Source: Alphaproteobacteria bacterium (lineage in GTDB: Bacteria > Pseudomonadota > Alphaproteobacteria > MPNO01). Taken from it: DNA of 64,000 bases. A program made the position numbers and the translations under genes. The notes below the pieces were generated by a model that was not told the origin of the DNA, searched no databases, and saw only the letters and a list, made by a program, of their open reading frames with translations. Every line of letters begins with the position of its first letter. Position 1 is the stretch's first letter. The stretch covers positions 1,920,001 through 1,984,000 of the forward strand of contig OZ219866.1 in assembly GCA_964291675.2 (NCBI GenBank), written 5' to 3'. This document shows, in pieces, positions 1 to 11,482 of this stretch.

Positions 1-309
1 GGCGTGCCGCTGCTGGTGGTCGAGGGCAAGACCGCGTTCTGGCTGCTGGCGCTGCCGCTCGGCATCTTCATGGGGCCGGTGCAGGCGGCGAGCCGGTCGC
101 TGATGGCCCATCTCGCCCCGACCGAGCTGAGGACCGAGATGTTCGGGCTCTACGCGCTGTCCGGCAAGGTGACATCCTTCGCCGGACCCGCGGTGCTCGC
201 CTGGGCCACGGTCGCCTTCGAGTCGCAGCGCGCCGGGATGGCCACCATCATCGCCTTCTTCGTCGTCGGCTTCGTGCTGATCGCCCTGGTCGCGCCGCCG
301 AGGCGGTAG
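1..309 (+). CDS. MFS transporter, C-terminal part (UMF1/ATG22-like), truncated by the window edge
   Basis: Hydrophobic helices and MFS motif GPVQAASRSLMA...EMFGLYALSGK. Confidence 0.8.
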   Translation, partial: GVPLLVVEGKTAFWLLALPLGIFMGPVQAASRSLMAHLAPTELRTEMFGLYALSGKVTSFAGPAVLAWATVAFESQRAGMATIIAFFVVGFVLIALVAPPRR

Positions 310-313
310 CCCC

Positions 314-840
314 GTCGTTTCGACCGGGCGCAGCGAGCGGAGATATCGCGCGCCCACCGCCCCACCCCGTCATGGCCGGACTCGTTCCGGCCATCCACGC
401 CGCCCGCAAGGGGCGCGGCCCCCGCTCCTCCCCCACCCCGTCATGCCCCGGCCCCCGGATCAAGTCCGGGGGTGATCCGGGCACCCATGGCCGGACTTGA
501 TCCGGCCACCCACCGGCGCCACCCCTCCCCACGGGCCGTTGTGCGCGCCGAGAGGCTGCATGGGTGCCCGGATCAAGTCCGGGCATGACGAGGGGGGGTG
601 AACGGGCGGGGGGTGCATGACGGGGTGGGGCAGCATGGCGAGCGTTCCGACGTTCGGGCGCGACGCCGGGGATCGTCGGCGGGCGCGACGCAGGTTCCAC
701 CGCGCCGCCCCCCGTGACGCCCGGCCCCCGCTCCTTCTCCCCGCTATTCCACCGACTCCCCCCCCCCGTCATGCCCCGGCCCCCGGATCGAGTCCGGGCA
801 CGACATAAGGGGGCGAGGGACGGGCGTATCGAAGGATGCG
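314..840. repeat. Mosaic of alphaproteobacterial palindromic REP elements
   Basis: Multiple GTCATG(G/C)CCGGACTTGATCCGG / CCGGATCAAGTCCGGGCATGAC halves; a ~160-bp inner block recurs at ~17420-17598 and inverted at ~22605-22780. Confidence 0.85.
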
Positions 841-846
841 CCGGGG

Positions 847-2427
847 TCAGTGGCGGAAATGCCGCCGTCCAGTGAACACCATCGCGATGCCGCGCTCGTC
901 GGCGGCGGCGATCACCTCGTCGTCGCGGATCGACCCGCCGGGCTGGATCACCGCCGTGGCGCCCGCCTCGGCGGCGGCGATCAGCCCGTCGGCGAAGGGG
1001 AAGAACGCGTCCGAGGCGGCGACCGAACCCCGCGTCGCGGGCTCGCCGGCGCCCGCCTTCCGCGCCGCGTCCTCCGCCTTGGCGGCGGCGATGCGGGTGG
1101 AATCGACCCGGCTCATCTGGCCCGCGCCGATGCCCGCCGTGGCCTCGCCGCGGGCGAACACGATGGCGTTCGACTTGACGTGCTTGGCGACGGTGAAAGC
1201 GAACAGGAGGTCGCGAAGCTCCGCCTCCGTCGGCGCCCGCCTGGTCGCCACGCGGAAATCGTCCCCGCCGCTGCGCGCCGCGTCGCGGTCCTGCACCAGC
1301 AGCCCGCCGGCGACCGTGCGCACGGCAAGCCCGGGCGCGCCGGGATCGGGCATCGCGCCCGTAGCCAGCACGCGGATATTGGGCTTTTCGGCGAATATCG
1401 CGCGCGCCGCCTCGTCGATCGCCGGCGCGATCACCACCTCGACGAAGATCGCGGCGATCGCCCTTGCCGCCGCCTCGTCGATCGTCCGGTTGGCGGCGAC
1501 CACCCCGCCGAAGGCGCTGACGGGATCGCAGGCGAGCGCCTTCGCCCAGGCCTCGGCGAGGCTTGCGCCGAGCGCCGCGCCGCAGGGGTTGGCGTGCTTG
1601 ACGATGGCGATGGCCGGGCGGTCGAGCTCGGCGGCGAGCTCGAAGGCGGCATCGGCGTCGCCGAGATTGTTGTAGCTGAGCGCCTTGCCCTGCAGCAGGC
1701 GGGCGCAAGCCGCGCCCGGGCGGGCGGGAAAGCCGCGATAGAGCGCGGCCTCCTGGTGCGGGTTCTCGCCATAGCGCAGGATCCCGGCGCGCGTGCCGCC
1801 GAAGGCGATGTGGCGGGGGAACGGGATGTCGACCTCGCGCGCGAACCACTGCGAGATCGCCGCGTCGTAGGCCGCGGTCCGCGCATAGGCCGCGGCGGCG
1901 AGGCATCGGCGGAAGTCGAGCCCGGTCCCGCCGTCGTTCTCCGCGAGCTCGCGCAGGATTTCCGGGTAATCCGCCGGGTCGGTGGCGACGGCGACGAACT
2001 CGTGGTTCTTCGCCGCGGCGCGGATCAGCGCCGGCCCGCCGATGTCGATCTGCTCCACCGCCTCGTCGCGATCCGCCCCGCCGGCGACGGTCTCCTCGAA
2101 CGGGTACAGGTTGACGACGACGAGGTCGATGGCGGCGATGTCGTTGGCCTCCATCGCCTCGCGGTGGGCGGCGATGTCGCGCCTCGCCAGGATGCCGCCA
2201 TGGATCGCCGGGTGCAGGGTCTTCACCCGCCCGTCCATCATCTCGGGATAGGAGGTGAGGGACGCCACGTCGGCCGCCTCCAGCCCGGCCTCGGCGAGCG
2301 CCCGCCCGGTGCCGCCGCTCGCCACCAGGGCCACGCCGCGTTCCGCCAGCGCGGCGGCGAACGCCACCAGCCCGGTCTTGTCGGAGACCGAGAACAGCGC
2401 GCGCGAGACCGGAACCCGGTCGTTCAT
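847..2427 (-). CDS. purH: Bifunctional AICAR transformylase / IMP cyclohydrolase
   Basis: [41 protein letters not shown] and C-terminal RHFRH motifs. Confidence 0.98.
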   Translation of the reverse strand: MNDRVPVSRALFSVSDKTGLVAFAAALAERGVALVASGGTGRALAEAGLEAADVASLTSYPEMMDGRVKTLHPAIHGGILARRDIAAHREAMEANDIAAIDLVVVNLYPFEETVAGGADRDEAVEQIDIGGPALIRAAAKNHEFVAVATDPADYPEILRELAENDGGTGLDFRRCLAAAAYARTAAYDAAISQWFAREVDIPFPRHIAFGGTRAGILRYGENPHQEAALYRGFPARPGAACARLLQGKALSYNNLGDADAAFELAAELDRPAIAIVKHANPCGAALGASLAEAWAKALACDPVSAFGGVVAANRTIDEAAARAIAAIFVEVVIAPAIDEAARAIFAEKPNIRVLATGAMPDPGAPGLAVRTVAGGLLVQDRDAARSGGDDFRVATRRAPTEAELRDLLFAFTVAKHVKSNAIVFARGEATAGIGAGQMSRVDSTRIAAAKAEDAARKAGAGEPATRGSVAASDAFFPFADGLIAAAEAGATAVIQPGGSIRDDEVIAAADERGIAMVFTGRRHFRH

Positions 2428-2933
2428 GCCCCCTCCCCACCCGAATCGCAGCCGTCGAGCAGCCACTCGGCGAATTCGCGCACCGCGCCCGACCCGCCGG
2501 CGCGCTCCGTGGTGTAGCCGGCGACGGCGTGCACCGCCGGCACCGCGTTGGGCACCGTCGCCGGCAGCCCGACGGCTTCGAGCACCGGCAGGTCGTTGAG
2601 GTCGTCCCCCATATGGGCCACCGCGTCGAAGCCGATCCCGAGACGGGCGCAGAGATCGGCGAGCGCCTGCCTCTTGTCGCCGACGCCCACCAGGCAGTGC
2701 TTCACGCCCAGCACCTCGGCCCGGCGTTCGATGGCCGCGGTCCGGCTCGCGGTAACGAACGCAACCTCCAGCCCGGCCTCGATCAGCATGCGGATGCCCA
2801 CCCCGTCATGCACGTGGAAGGCGCGCCACTGCCGCCCGTCCTCGCCATAGAACAGCGTCCCGTCGGTCATCACCCCGTCGCAGTCGAGGCTGACCAGGCG
2901 GATGCGCGCGCGCATCGCCGCCGCGCCGGTCAT
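2424..2933 (-). CDS. kdsC: KDO 8-phosphate phosphatase (HAD family)
   Basis: [35 protein letters not shown] at 2933 overlaps the kdsB stop. Confidence 0.92.
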   Translation of the reverse strand: MTGAAAMRARIRLVSLDCDGVMTDGTLFYGEDGRQWRAFHVHDGVGIRMLIEAGLEVAFVTASRTAAIERRAEVLGVKHCLVGVGDKRQALADLCARLGIGFDAVAHMGDDLNDLPVLEAVGLPATVPNAVPAVHAVAGYTTERAGGSGAVREFAEWLLDGCDSGGEGA

Positions 2934-3679
2934 GCCGCGCCCGCCCGGGCGAGCGCCGCCTCGACCAGGGCCACGTCCTCCGGCCGGTCGACCCCGATGG
3001 AGCCCGGCGGCACCGGCGCGCAGGCGATGCGCTCGCCGTGCTCGATGACGCGCAGCAGCTCGACGCTCTCGGCGCGCTCGACCGGCCCGCGCTCCCACGC
3101 CCGGAAGCGCGCCAGCGCGGCGGCGGTGAAGGCGAACATGCCGACATGGATCTTGCGCGCCGCGTCCTCGGCGAAATCGAGCGGCACGGGGAGCCGGCTG
3201 AATGTCATCACGCAGCCGTCGAGCCCGGGCTCCAGGTGGACCACCGACTCGTCGGCGCATTGCTCCGGCGTCGCGCCGTCGAGATAGCCGGTCGAGACCT
3301 CGATCCCGCGCCCGCGCGCAGCGCGGAGCGCGGCGACCACGATGTCGATGGCGGCCGGGTCGATCAGCGGCTCGTCGCCCTGCACGTTGACGTAGATCTC
3401 CGCCGTCCTGCGGCTCGCGACCTCGGCGAGCCGGTCGGTCCCGGTGGCGTGCGCCGGCGATGTCATCTCGCAGTCGATGCCGTGCTCGCGGCACAGCGCG
3501 GCGATGCGCTCGTCGTCGGTCGCCACCACGGCGCGGTCGACGCTCCCGGCCGCGCTCGCGCGCCGCCACACCCGGACCACCATCGGCACGCCGGCGATCA
3601 TGGCCAGCGGCTTGCCGGGGAAGCGGGTCGAGGCGTAGCGCGCCGGGATGACGGCGAGGACGGAGAGGCTGCCGGCCAT
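2930..3679 (-). CDS. kdsB: CMP-KDO synthetase
   Basis: VIPARYASTRFPGKPL, TGTDR, VNVQGDEP motifs. Confidence 0.95.
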   Translation of the reverse strand: MAGSLSVLAVIPARYASTRFPGKPLAMIAGVPMVVRVWRRASAAGSVDRAVVATDDERIAALCREHGIDCEMTSPAHATGTDRLAEVASRRTAEIYVNVQGDEPLIDPAAIDIVVAALRAARGRGIEVSTGYLDGATPEQCADESVVHLEPGLDGCVMTFSRLPVPLDFAEDAARKIHVGMFAFTAAALARFRAWERGPVERAESVELLRVIEHGERIACAPVPPGSIGVDRPEDVALVEAALARAGAA

Positions 3680-3752
3680 GGGGTCCTTGCGGGATCGGTC
3701 GCGGGCGAGAATAGTCGCGCCGAACCGGAAGCGCGAGGGTGGCGAACGGCCC

Positions 3753-4415
3753 ATGACCGAGACCGTTGTCTTCGACCTCGACGGCACGCTCGTCGACACC
3801 CTGCCCGACATTGCGGCGGCGGCCAACCGGGTGCTGGCGGCGGAAGGCCGCCGCGCGCTGAGCCGCGAGGAGGTGTGCCGGCTGATCGGCAGCGGCGGCC
3901 GCGTGTTGATGGCGAACGCCTTCCGGGCGACCGGCGAGCCGGTTTCGGAGGCGCGCATCGATGCCGCTTTCGCCGCCTATATCGCGGCCCACGAGGCCGA
4001 CCCGGTCGTGGGCAGCGCGCCCTTCCCCGGGGTGCACGCGGCGCTGGAGGCGCTCGTCGAACGCGGCACCCGGCTCGCGGTCTGCACCAACAAGCCGGGC
4101 CGCCTCGCCGGGATCGTGCTGGACACCTTCGAGCTGACAAAGTTCTTCGCCGGGGTGGTCGCGGGCGACACGCTGCCGACCCGCAAGCCGAGCCCGGAGC
4201 CGCTCGTCGAGGCGGTCGCGCGCGCCGGCGGGGCGGGGCGCAAGGCGGCGATGGTGGGCGACAGCCCGATCGACGCCGAGGCGGCGCGCGCCGCCGCCAT
4301 CCCCTTCGTCGCGGTGAGCTTCGGCTACAGCCCGGTGCCGGCCACGCAGCTCGGCGCCGACGCGGTGATCGACGGCTTCGACGCGCTGGCCGGGGCGATC
4401 GACGGGCTGCGGTAA
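3753..4415 (+). CDS. gph: Phosphoglycolate phosphatase (HAD family)
   Basis: FDLDGTLVDT, CTNK, RKP.P, MVGDS motifs. Confidence 0.88.
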   Translation: MTETVVFDLDGTLVDTLPDIAAAANRVLAAEGRRALSREEVCRLIGSGGRVLMANAFRATGEPVSEARIDAAFAAYIAAHEADPVVGSAPFPGVHAALEALVERGTRLAVCTNKPGRLAGIVLDTFELTKFFAGVVAGDTLPTRKPSPEPLVEAVARAGGAGRKAAMVGDSPIDAEAARAAAIPFVAVSFGYSPVPATQLGADAVIDGFDALAGAIDGLR

Positions 4416-5038
4416 GGGGCGTCCTTCGATACGCGCCCTGCGGGCGCTACTCAGGATGAGGGTGGGCGATAGGCGGCTTTGCCGCCACTCGGGATGAGGC
4501 TGGGGCGAGGGGCGTCCTTCGATACGCGCCCTGCGGGCGCTACTCAGGATGAGGGTGGGCGATAGGCGGCTTTGCCGCCACTCGGGATGAGGCTGGGGCG
4601 AGGGGCGTCCTTCGATACGCGCCCTGCGGGCGCTACTCAGGATGAGGGTGGGCGATAGGCGGCTTTGCCGCTACTCGGGATGAGGGTGTGGTGAGGGGCG
4701 TCCTTCGATACGCGCCCTGCGGGCGCTACTCAGGATGAGGGTGGGCGATAGGCGGCTTTGCCGCCACTCGGGATGAGGCTGGGGCGAGGGGCGTCCTTCG
4801 ATACGCGCCCTGCGGACGCTACTCAGGATGAGGGTGGGCGATAGGCGGCTTTGCCGCCACTCGGGATGAGGCTGGGGCGAGGGGCGTCCTTCGATACGCG
4901 CCCTGCGGGCGCTACTCAGGATGAGGGTGGGCGATAGGCGGCTTTGCCGCCACTCGGGATGAGGCTGGGGCGAGGGGCGTCCCCGATAACTCTCCCTCAT
5001 CCTGAGTAGCCCGCCGCAGGCGGGCGTATCGAAGGACG
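4416..5038. repeat. Six tandem 93-bp REP-derived units closed by one inverted REP half
   Basis: Units start at 4416, 4509, 4602, 4695, 4788 and 4881; inverted half CCTCATCCTGAGTAGC...TATCGAAGGACG at ~4996-5038. Confidence 0.95.
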
Positions 5039-5100
5039 GCTTGGTCCGCGCCCGCCGCGACCCTATCTTCAGTGAGCCCGGTCCCGAGGGAGAGGACGAC

Positions 5101-6711
5101 ATGCCGGAGTTCGCCCACCACGCGCTGTTCCCGCTCGCCGACGACGCGACGCCCTGGCGCCCCCTGTCCGCGGACCATGTCGGCGTCGAGCGGTTCCGCG
5201 GCGCGGACATGCTGACCGTCGAGCCGCAGGCGCTCGGCCTGCTCGCGGAACAGGCTTTTTTCGACATCTCGCATTATCTGAGGCCGGGCCACCTCGCCCA
5301 GCTGCGCGCCATCCTCGACGACGCCGAGGCCTCGGACAACGACCGCTTCGTCGCCTACGACCTGCTCAAGAACGCCAATATCGCCGCCGGCGGGGTGCTG
5401 CCGATGTGCCAGGACACCGGCACCGCGATCGTCATGGGCAAGAAGGGCGAGCGCGTCTGGACCGGCGGCGGCGACGAGGCGGCGCTCGCCGGGGGCATCC
5501 ACAGGACCTATACCGAGCGCAACCTGCGCTATTCCAACCTCGCGCCGCTCTCGATGTACGAGGAGGTCAATACCGGCGACAACCTGCCGGCGCAGATCGA
5601 GATCTACGCGACCGAGGGCGACGAATACGGCTTCCTGTTCATCGCCAAGGGCGGCGGGTCGGCCAACAAGTCCTTCCTGTTCCAGGAGACGCCGGCCCGG
5701 CTCAACCCCGAGGCGATGCTGCGCTTCCTCGACGAGAAGATCCGCACCCTCGGCACCGCGGCCTGCCCGCCCTACCACCTCGCGATCTGCATCGGCGGCA
5801 TGTCGGCCGAGTTCAACCTGAAGACGGTCAAGCTCGCCAGCACGCGCTATCTCGACGGCCTGCCCACCGAGGGCTCGGAGCGCGCCCAGGCGTTCCGCGA
5901 TGTCGAGATGGAACGGCAGATCCTGGAGCTCACCCGCGGGATGGGAATCGGCGCCCAGTTCGGCGGCAAGTATTTCTGCCACGACGTGCGCGTCATCCGC
6001 CTGCCGCGCCACGGCGCCTCGCTGCCCATCGGGCTCGGGGTGTCGTGCTCGGCCGACCGCCAGGCGCTCGGCAAGATCACCCGCGAGGGCATCTTCCTGG
6101 AGCGGCTGGAGACCGACCCGGCGCGGTATCTGCCCGATGTCGAGGAGGCGAGCCTCGGCGGCGAGGCGGTGGCGGTCGACATCGACCGGCCGATGGCCGA
6201 GATCCGCGAAACGCTGGGCCGCTACCCGATCAAGACCCGGCTCTCGCTCACCGGCTCGATGGTGGTGGCGCGCGACGCGGCGCATGCGAAGATCAAGGCG
6301 CGGCTCGACGCGGGCGAGCCGATGCCGGCCTATATGCGCGACAACATGGTGTATTACGCCGGCCCCGCGAAGACGCCCGAGGGTTACGCGTCGGGCTCGT
6401 TCGGCCCGACCACGGCGGGGCGCATGGACTCCTACGTCGCCCGCTTCCAGGAGGCGGGCGGCAGCCACGTCATGCTCGCCAAGGGCAACCGCTCGCCCGA
6501 GGTAACCGCCGCCTGCAAGCAACATGGCGGCTTCTATCTCGGCTCGATCGGCGGCCCGGCGGCGCGGCTCGCGCAGGACTGCATCTCGAAGGTCGAGTGC
6601 ATCGAGTATCCCGAGCTCGGCATGGAGGCGGTGTGGCGCATCGAGGTGCGCGACTTCCCGGCCTTCATCGTGGTCGACGACAAGGGCAACGACTTCTTCC
6701 GTGCCCTCTGA
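5101..6711 (+). CDS. fumA: Class I Fe-S fumarate hydratase
   Basis: [33 protein letters not shown] motifs; AG-rich RBS upstream of ATG 5101. Confidence 0.95.
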   Translation: MPEFAHHALFPLADDATPWRPLSADHVGVERFRGADMLTVEPQALGLLAEQAFFDISHYLRPGHLAQLRAILDDAEASDNDRFVAYDLLKNANIAAGGVLPMCQDTGTAIVMGKKGERVWTGGGDEAALAGGIHRTYTERNLRYSNLAPLSMYEEVNTGDNLPAQIEIYATEGDEYGFLFIAKGGGSANKSFLFQETPARLNPEAMLRFLDEKIRTLGTAACPPYHLAICIGGMSAEFNLKTVKLASTRYLDGLPTEGSERAQAFRDVEMERQILELTRGMGIGAQFGGKYFCHDVRVIRLPRHGASLPIGLGVSCSADRQALGKITREGIFLERLETDPARYLPDVEEASLGGEAVAVDIDRPMAEIRETLGRYPIKTRLSLTGSMVVARDAAHAKIKARLDAGEPMPAYMRDNMVYYAGPAKTPEGYASGSFGPTTAGRMDSYVARFQEAGGSHVMLAKGNRSPEVTAACKQHGGFYLGSIGGPAARLAQDCISKVECIEYPELGMEAVWRIEVRDFPAFIVVDDKGNDFFRAL

Positions 6712-7225
6712 GCTGCCGGTGCTGGCCGATGTCATCGAGCCCGGGGTGACGACGCTCCTGTGCGGCAGCGCGGCGGGCGCGGTCTCGGCGCGGCTGGGCC
6801 TGCCCTATGCCGGCCCCGGCAACAAGTTCTGGCCGATGCTCGCCGAAGCCGGGCTGACGCCGAGGCTTCTGGCGCCGGCCGAGTACCGCGAGTTGCCGCG
6901 CCACGGCCTCGGCCTGACCGACATCAACAAGACCGAGTCCGGCGCGGATTCCGACCTCACCGGGGCGGGCGACGACGCCGATGCGCTGCGCGCCAAGGTC
7001 GAGGCGTACCGCCCGGCGATCCTCGCCTTCACCGCCAAGCGCCCGGCGCTGGTGTTCCTCGGCGCCCTGTTCGGCGCCAGGCGGGTCGGTTACGGGGCGC
7101 AGGAGCAACGCCTGCGAGAGACCGAGATCCACGTCCTCCCCTCCCCCTCCGGCCTCGCCATCCGCTGGTGGGACCCGTCCCACTGGCACGCGCTGGGGGC
7201 GCGGCACCGCGCGCTGGTGGGATAA
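6701..7225 (+). CDS. mug: Mismatch-specific uracil/thymine DNA glycosylase (MUG family)
   Basis: [22 protein letters not shown] motifs; GTG start overlaps the fumarase end. Confidence 0.85.
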   Translation: MPSELPVLADVIEPGVTTLLCGSAAGAVSARLGLPYAGPGNKFWPMLAEAGLTPRLLAPAEYRELPRHGLGLTDINKTESGADSDLTGAGDDADALRAKVEAYRPAILAFTAKRPALVFLGALFGARRVGYGAQEQRLRETEIHVLPSPSGLAIRWWDPSHWHALGARHRALVG

Positions 7226-7240
7226 GCCCGGGAGCGCGCC

Positions 7241-7965
7241 CTTCGACAGGGGCTTACATGGATGGGTTGACGGGCGGTTGGCTGGCGCAGACTGCCGACG
7301 GGAACGCCGCCCCGCCTGCCCCCTCCCGTCATGCCGGGACTTGATCCACTGCTGTCCGGTTTAGATTTTCGACGCGGGCTCCGCGCCCGTGAGCATCTGC
7401 ATCTCCGCTCCCGCTGTTACCCCTACGTCATGGCCGGACTTGATCCGGCCATCCACGCGGCCTCTCCGCCCGCACGACGGTCCGACGAGAGGGGCGGCGG
7501 CGCCCATGGATGCCCGGATCAAGTCCACTGCTGTCCGGTTTAGCCTTCGACGCGCGTCGCGCCCGGCGTTTCCCGCCCCATCACCATGCCTCCCCCCATC
7601 GTCATGCCCGGCGCCCGGATCAAGTCCGGCCATGACGGGGTGGGGGTGGCGGTGGAGAAGCACGGGAGCCGGGTGCGGCCCGCCCCGCCCGTAGGTGCCC
7701 GGAACGAGGCCGGGGTGACAACGGAGGGGCAGGGACGGCAAGTGCGGGCGTGCGGCGATCCATGTCCCGATCCGGCGGATGCGTCGATATCCCGCCCGGA
7801 ACAAGGCTTTGCGCCCGGTCCAGCTCATATGAACCGGACAGCAGTGGACTTGATCCGGGCACCCACTGGCACCGCCGCCCCTCCCGGCCGAGCGCCGTGC
7901 GGGCGGAGGGGCTGCATGGGTGGCCGGATCACCCCCGGGCTTGATCCCGGGGCCCGCCATGACGG
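7241..7965. mobile_element. REP/MITE mosaic with terminal inverted repeats CCACTGCTGTCCGGTT ... AACCGGACAGCAGTGG
   Basis: Left-type ends at ~7346 and 7525, right end at 7832-7847, each abutting a REP core GGA(CTTGA/TCAAG)TCC; homologous blocks at 11890-12460 and 17613-18018. Confidence 0.8.
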
Positions 7966-8044
7966 GGGGAGGGGCGCCCGTCAGGCGGATAGAAACGTCC
8001 CAATCGGGGCACTACTCTCCCCCCCCCAACCGCCGGAGGGACCC

Positions 8045-8854
8045 ATGCTCACGCTCTACCACCAGGGAAGCTCGGTCTGCGCGGCCAAGGTGCGGGTCGC
8101 GCTGCACGAGAAGGGGCTCGACTGGCGGGGGGTCGTGGTCGACGTGCTCAGGGGCGAGCAGTTCCAGGACTGGTACCTCGCGCTCAACCCCAACGCGGTG
8201 GTGCCGACGCTGGTCGACGGCGGGCGGGTGGTGATCGAATCGACGGTGATCTGCGAATATCTCGACGAGACCCGGCCCGACCCGCCGCTCAGACCCGCCG
8301 ACGCCTACGATACGGCCCGGATGCGGGTCTGGACCAAGCGGATCGACGAGCGGCTGCACCCGATGACCAGCGCGCTCACCTATTCCGCCTCGCACCGCCA
8401 CGCGATCCTCGACAACAACACGCCCGAACAGGTCGAGGCGATCATCGCCGAGACCCGCGACCCGGTGAAGCGCGCGCGCAAGTGGGAATGGATCGAGCAG
8501 GGCATCAAGGCGCCGAGCGCGCGCGCCGCCGTCGCCGAGTTCGACGCCACCCTGGCCGACATGGAGGCCGCGCTGGCCGAATCGCCCTGGCTCGCGGGCG
8601 ACAAATACTCGCTCGCCGATATCGGCATGACGCCCTATGTCAACCGGCTGTCGATGCTCGGCATGGCGGGGTTCTGGGACGCGCGGCCCCGCGTCGCCGC
8701 CTGGTTCGCCCGCATCCGCGCCCGCGCGAGCTTCGCCCCGGCGCTGATCGACGCCGTGCCCGACGAGCTCGCGCGTTCGCTCGCCACAAACGGAGCGCGG
8801 AGCTGGCCCCTTGTGGCCGGGATGCTGGAGGCGGGGCGCAAGGGGGGCGGGTGA
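8045..8854 (+). CDS. Glutathione S-transferase family protein
   Basis: SVCAAKVR, LNPNAVVPTL, ESTVICEYLD, SLADI motifs. Confidence 0.93.
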   Translation: MLTLYHQGSSVCAAKVRVALHEKGLDWRGVVVDVLRGEQFQDWYLALNPNAVVPTLVDGGRVVIESTVICEYLDETRPDPPLRPADAYDTARMRVWTKRIDERLHPMTSALTYSASHRHAILDNNTPEQVEAIIAETRDPVKRARKWEWIEQGIKAPSARAAVAEFDATLADMEAALAESPWLAGDKYSLADIGMTPYVNRLSMLGMAGFWDARPRVAAWFARIRARASFAPALIDAVPDELARSLATNGARSWPLVAGMLEAGRKGGG

Positions 8855-9180
8855 GCGGGGGGGTGGCATAGCAGACGCAAGGGGGCGGTCCCGGCGGGGC
8901 CGCCCCGTTTGCCTGGCACGGCGAGAACGGTCGTCCCGTTCTGCGTGGATCGCCCGGGCCGCCCCACCGTCTATGGTTGTTTTCAACACAAGTAATGCTA
9001 GTCTAAATGGCGAAGGGGGCCCTCATGCAGGTTCTTCGCCCCACGCTCGCGGCGCCCATCGCCGCCGCAACACCCACCGCCACCGGCGCGCATGACAGCG
9101 AGACGCCTGCCCGGGACAGCCCGCCCGACCCCGGCGGCGGCCGGACCGCGCGCCGGGGGTTTCGATAGGGAAGAACGGCC

Positions 9181-11478
9181 ATGCACCCGCGTTTCTCGAT
9201 CGCCCCGGCCGCAATCCTGCTGCTCGCCGCCTGCGGCGGCGGCGGCTCCACCGTCCAGGCGCCGCCCGCTCGCCCGCCGCCGGCGACTCCCGACCCGGCG
9301 TATCACCTCGGCACGGCGCGCTTCACCACGCACCAGCCCGGCGTGCTGGAGCAGATCGGGGCGCACCACGCCTACGCGCGGGGCCTCTCGGGGCGCGGGG
9401 TGCGGATCGGCATCGAGGACAGCATCGTCGACTACACGCAGCGCGGCGAGTTCGGGAGCCGGGTCAGGCTGCGCGACGCCGACGGCGCGAGTCTGGCGTA
9501 TTCGCGCCCGTTGGGGGATTTTCCCGGCCACGAGATCCAATCCTGCGAAGACCGCCGCACATGCGCGATCTGGGAGGGAAACAGCGAGGACGACGACGAA
9601 GCGCTCAATCGCTGGGTAAGGCGAATCGTGCGGGAGGACGGCTGGCCCACCCGGGACGACAGCGTGTTCGTGCTCGACGAGTATTACCCGCAACGCGGCC
9701 CAGGGCTATTGTTCCGATGGTCGGAATTGCCGACGCCCTACGGTCGGGGGGCGCACGGCACGGTGGTCGCCGCGCTTGCGGCCGGAACCAATCTCGGTGT
9801 CGCGGCGCAAGCCACGATCGTCCCCTTGGCGATCAACCTCACCGACGATCGGCGCGAGGACGCCGTCGCGGGTCGGGTCTTTGAAACCGTCGTCGAGTCG
9901 CTCCGGACCGCGGACCGGCGGGACCTCGATGAGTCGATCGCCCGGGGGGTGCGGGAGGATTATGGGAAATTCGACATCATCAACCGGTCCCATGGAGCGC
10001 GCACCTCTCAGCTTACGATTGCGCAGACCGCTCGACAGGTCGCATGGCTCCAGACGTATCTGCCAAACAGTCTGCGTGCCGAATGGCAGATGGACAGACC
10101 CGATTCCGAGAAGACCGTTGTGGTCTGGGCGGCAGGGAATGACAGCGATCCGGTGCCCGGTCGGGGCGCGGCCCTGCCATACGTCATCCCGGAGCTGCGC
10201 GGACATACGCTCGCGGTCATCGCGACGAACCCGCGGACCGGCGGCATCGCAGGCTATTCCAACCGCTGCGGTTCGCTTCCGCAGGACTGGAGCACCGCCC
10301 GGTACGGGCGGCACTATTGCCTGGCCGCGCCCGGGACCGTGCGGGGCCTCGTGCCCAACCCGAACCGTCCCGGAAGGGGCGACGCGAGAAGCGGGCTGAA
10401 CGGAACCAGCTTCGCCGCGCCCCTCGTCTCCGGCTCGCTCGCGCTGCTGATGGAGCATTTCCGGGGAACGCGCGGAAACACGCAAATCGTCAAGCGCATG
10501 ATCGACACCGCCGACCGGAGCGGGCGGTACGCCGATCTTGAGACTTATGGCGCGGGCCATCTCGATCTCGAGGCGGCGCTGTCGCCGGTCGGCTCGCTCA
10601 GCGCGGGACAATCGGCGCACGCGCTTGGCCGCACGTCGCTCCAGACACCGGCCGCTTTCGGCTCCCTCGCCGACCGCGCCGGCTCCATCGAGCTCGCGAC
10701 GTTCGATGCGCAGGAGTTTCCGTTCTGGGTTCCGCTGTCCGCGCTGGTCTCGCAGGGTGCGGCCGGGCGGTCCCCGATCCCCCGGTTCGGGGAGGCGGAG
10801 GCGTCGCACTCGCCCGCCCCCGGCCTCGACGACCTCGCCCTGCACTGGATGAATGTGGGCGACGATGCAGGCGCGCGAGACCCGGACGGCCGGCAGTGGG
10901 CGATGGGGTTCGGCCGGGCATCGGCAAGCCTCGCGCGCCGGCCGGGCGACGGCGGCTGGGGGTACGGGCTGAGCGTCGACGACGGCGGGCATCTGGGAAC
11001 CGAGGCATCCGGCGCGTTCGGCACCGACCTGCGGTCCGGCACGATGTGGGCCTCGCGTGACGTTTCGCATGAATTGGCGGCCGGGTGGACGCTGAAGGCC
11101 ACCGGGACGGTGGCGCTCAGCCTGCCGCAATACGGCAAGGACGCGATGTTCCGGGCGACCCCCTCCATGCTGACCGCCATGTCGGCGCGAATCGGCACCC
11201 GGACCACGGGGATCGTCGTCGAGCAGCCGCTGCGCGCCGAGACCGGCACCGGCCGGTTCCGGGTCGAGAACGGGCGGATGGAGAACGGGAAACGGCTTGT
11301 TGACGCGTTTCGCGTTCCGCTGCGCCCCGATGGGCGCGAGCTGCGGATGACGCTGCGCCACGACCTGGAGGCGCTGGGCGGGACCGTCGCGATGGAGGCA
11401 GGCGGCGCGGTGCATGCCGGCCATGTCCCGGGCGAGCGCGAAGCGACCGTCGGCGTCGCCTGGCGCGCGACCTGGTGA
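9181..11478 (+). CDS. Subtilisin-like S8 serine protease, lipoprotein, with a beta-rich C-terminal domain
   Basis: LAAC lipobox; triad motifs IGIEDS, HGT and GTSFAAP; AAGN oxyanion motif; C-terminal Trp. Confidence 0.9.
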   Translation: MHPRFSIAPAAILLLAACGGGGSTVQAPPARPPPATPDPAYHLGTARFTTHQPGVLEQIGAHHAYARGLSGRGVRIGIEDSIVDYTQRGEFGSRVRLRDADGASLAYSRPLGDFPGHEIQSCEDRRTCAIWEGNSEDDDEALNRWVRRIVREDGWPTRDDSVFVLDEYYPQRGPGLLFRWSELPTPYGRGAHGTVVAALAAGTNLGVAAQATIVPLAINLTDDRREDAVAGRVFETVVESLRTADRRDLDESIARGVREDYGKFDIINRSHGARTSQLTIAQTARQVAWLQTYLPNSLRAEWQMDRPDSEKTVVVWAAGNDSDPVPGRGAALPYVIPELRGHTLAVIATNPRTGGIAGYSNRCGSLPQDWSTARYGRHYCLAAPGTVRGLVPNPNRPGRGDARSGLNGTSFAAPLVSGSLALLMEHFRGTRGNTQIVKRMIDTADRSGRYADLETYGAGHLDLEAALSPVGSLSAGQSAHALGRTSLQTPAAFGSLADRAGSIELATFDAQEFPFWVPLSALVSQGAAGRSPIPRFGEAEASHSPAPGLDDLALHWMNVGDDAGARDPDGRQWAMGFGRASASLARRPGDGGWGYGLSVDDGGHLGTEASGAFGTDLRSGTMWASRDVSHELAAGWTLKATGTVALSLPQYGKDAMFRATPSMLTAMSARIGTRTTGIVVEQPLRAETGTGRFRVENGRMENGKRLVDAFRVPLRPDGRELRMTLRHDLEALGGTVAMEAGGAVHAGHVPGEREATVGVAWRATW

Positions 11479-11482
11479 TCCG

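Noticed and set aside
4416-4980. Possible CRISPR array
   Set aside because: Units are near-identical with no unique spacers, match a REP family, and there are no cas genes in the window.
4671-5267. ORF with 31-aa repeats
   Set aside because: Translation of the 93-bp REP array; no independent coding evidence.
7090-7960. Many short ORFs (MPGLDP..., MAGSSP..., LNRTAV...) here and in other repeat clusters
   Set aside because: They are translations of REP/MITE sequence.
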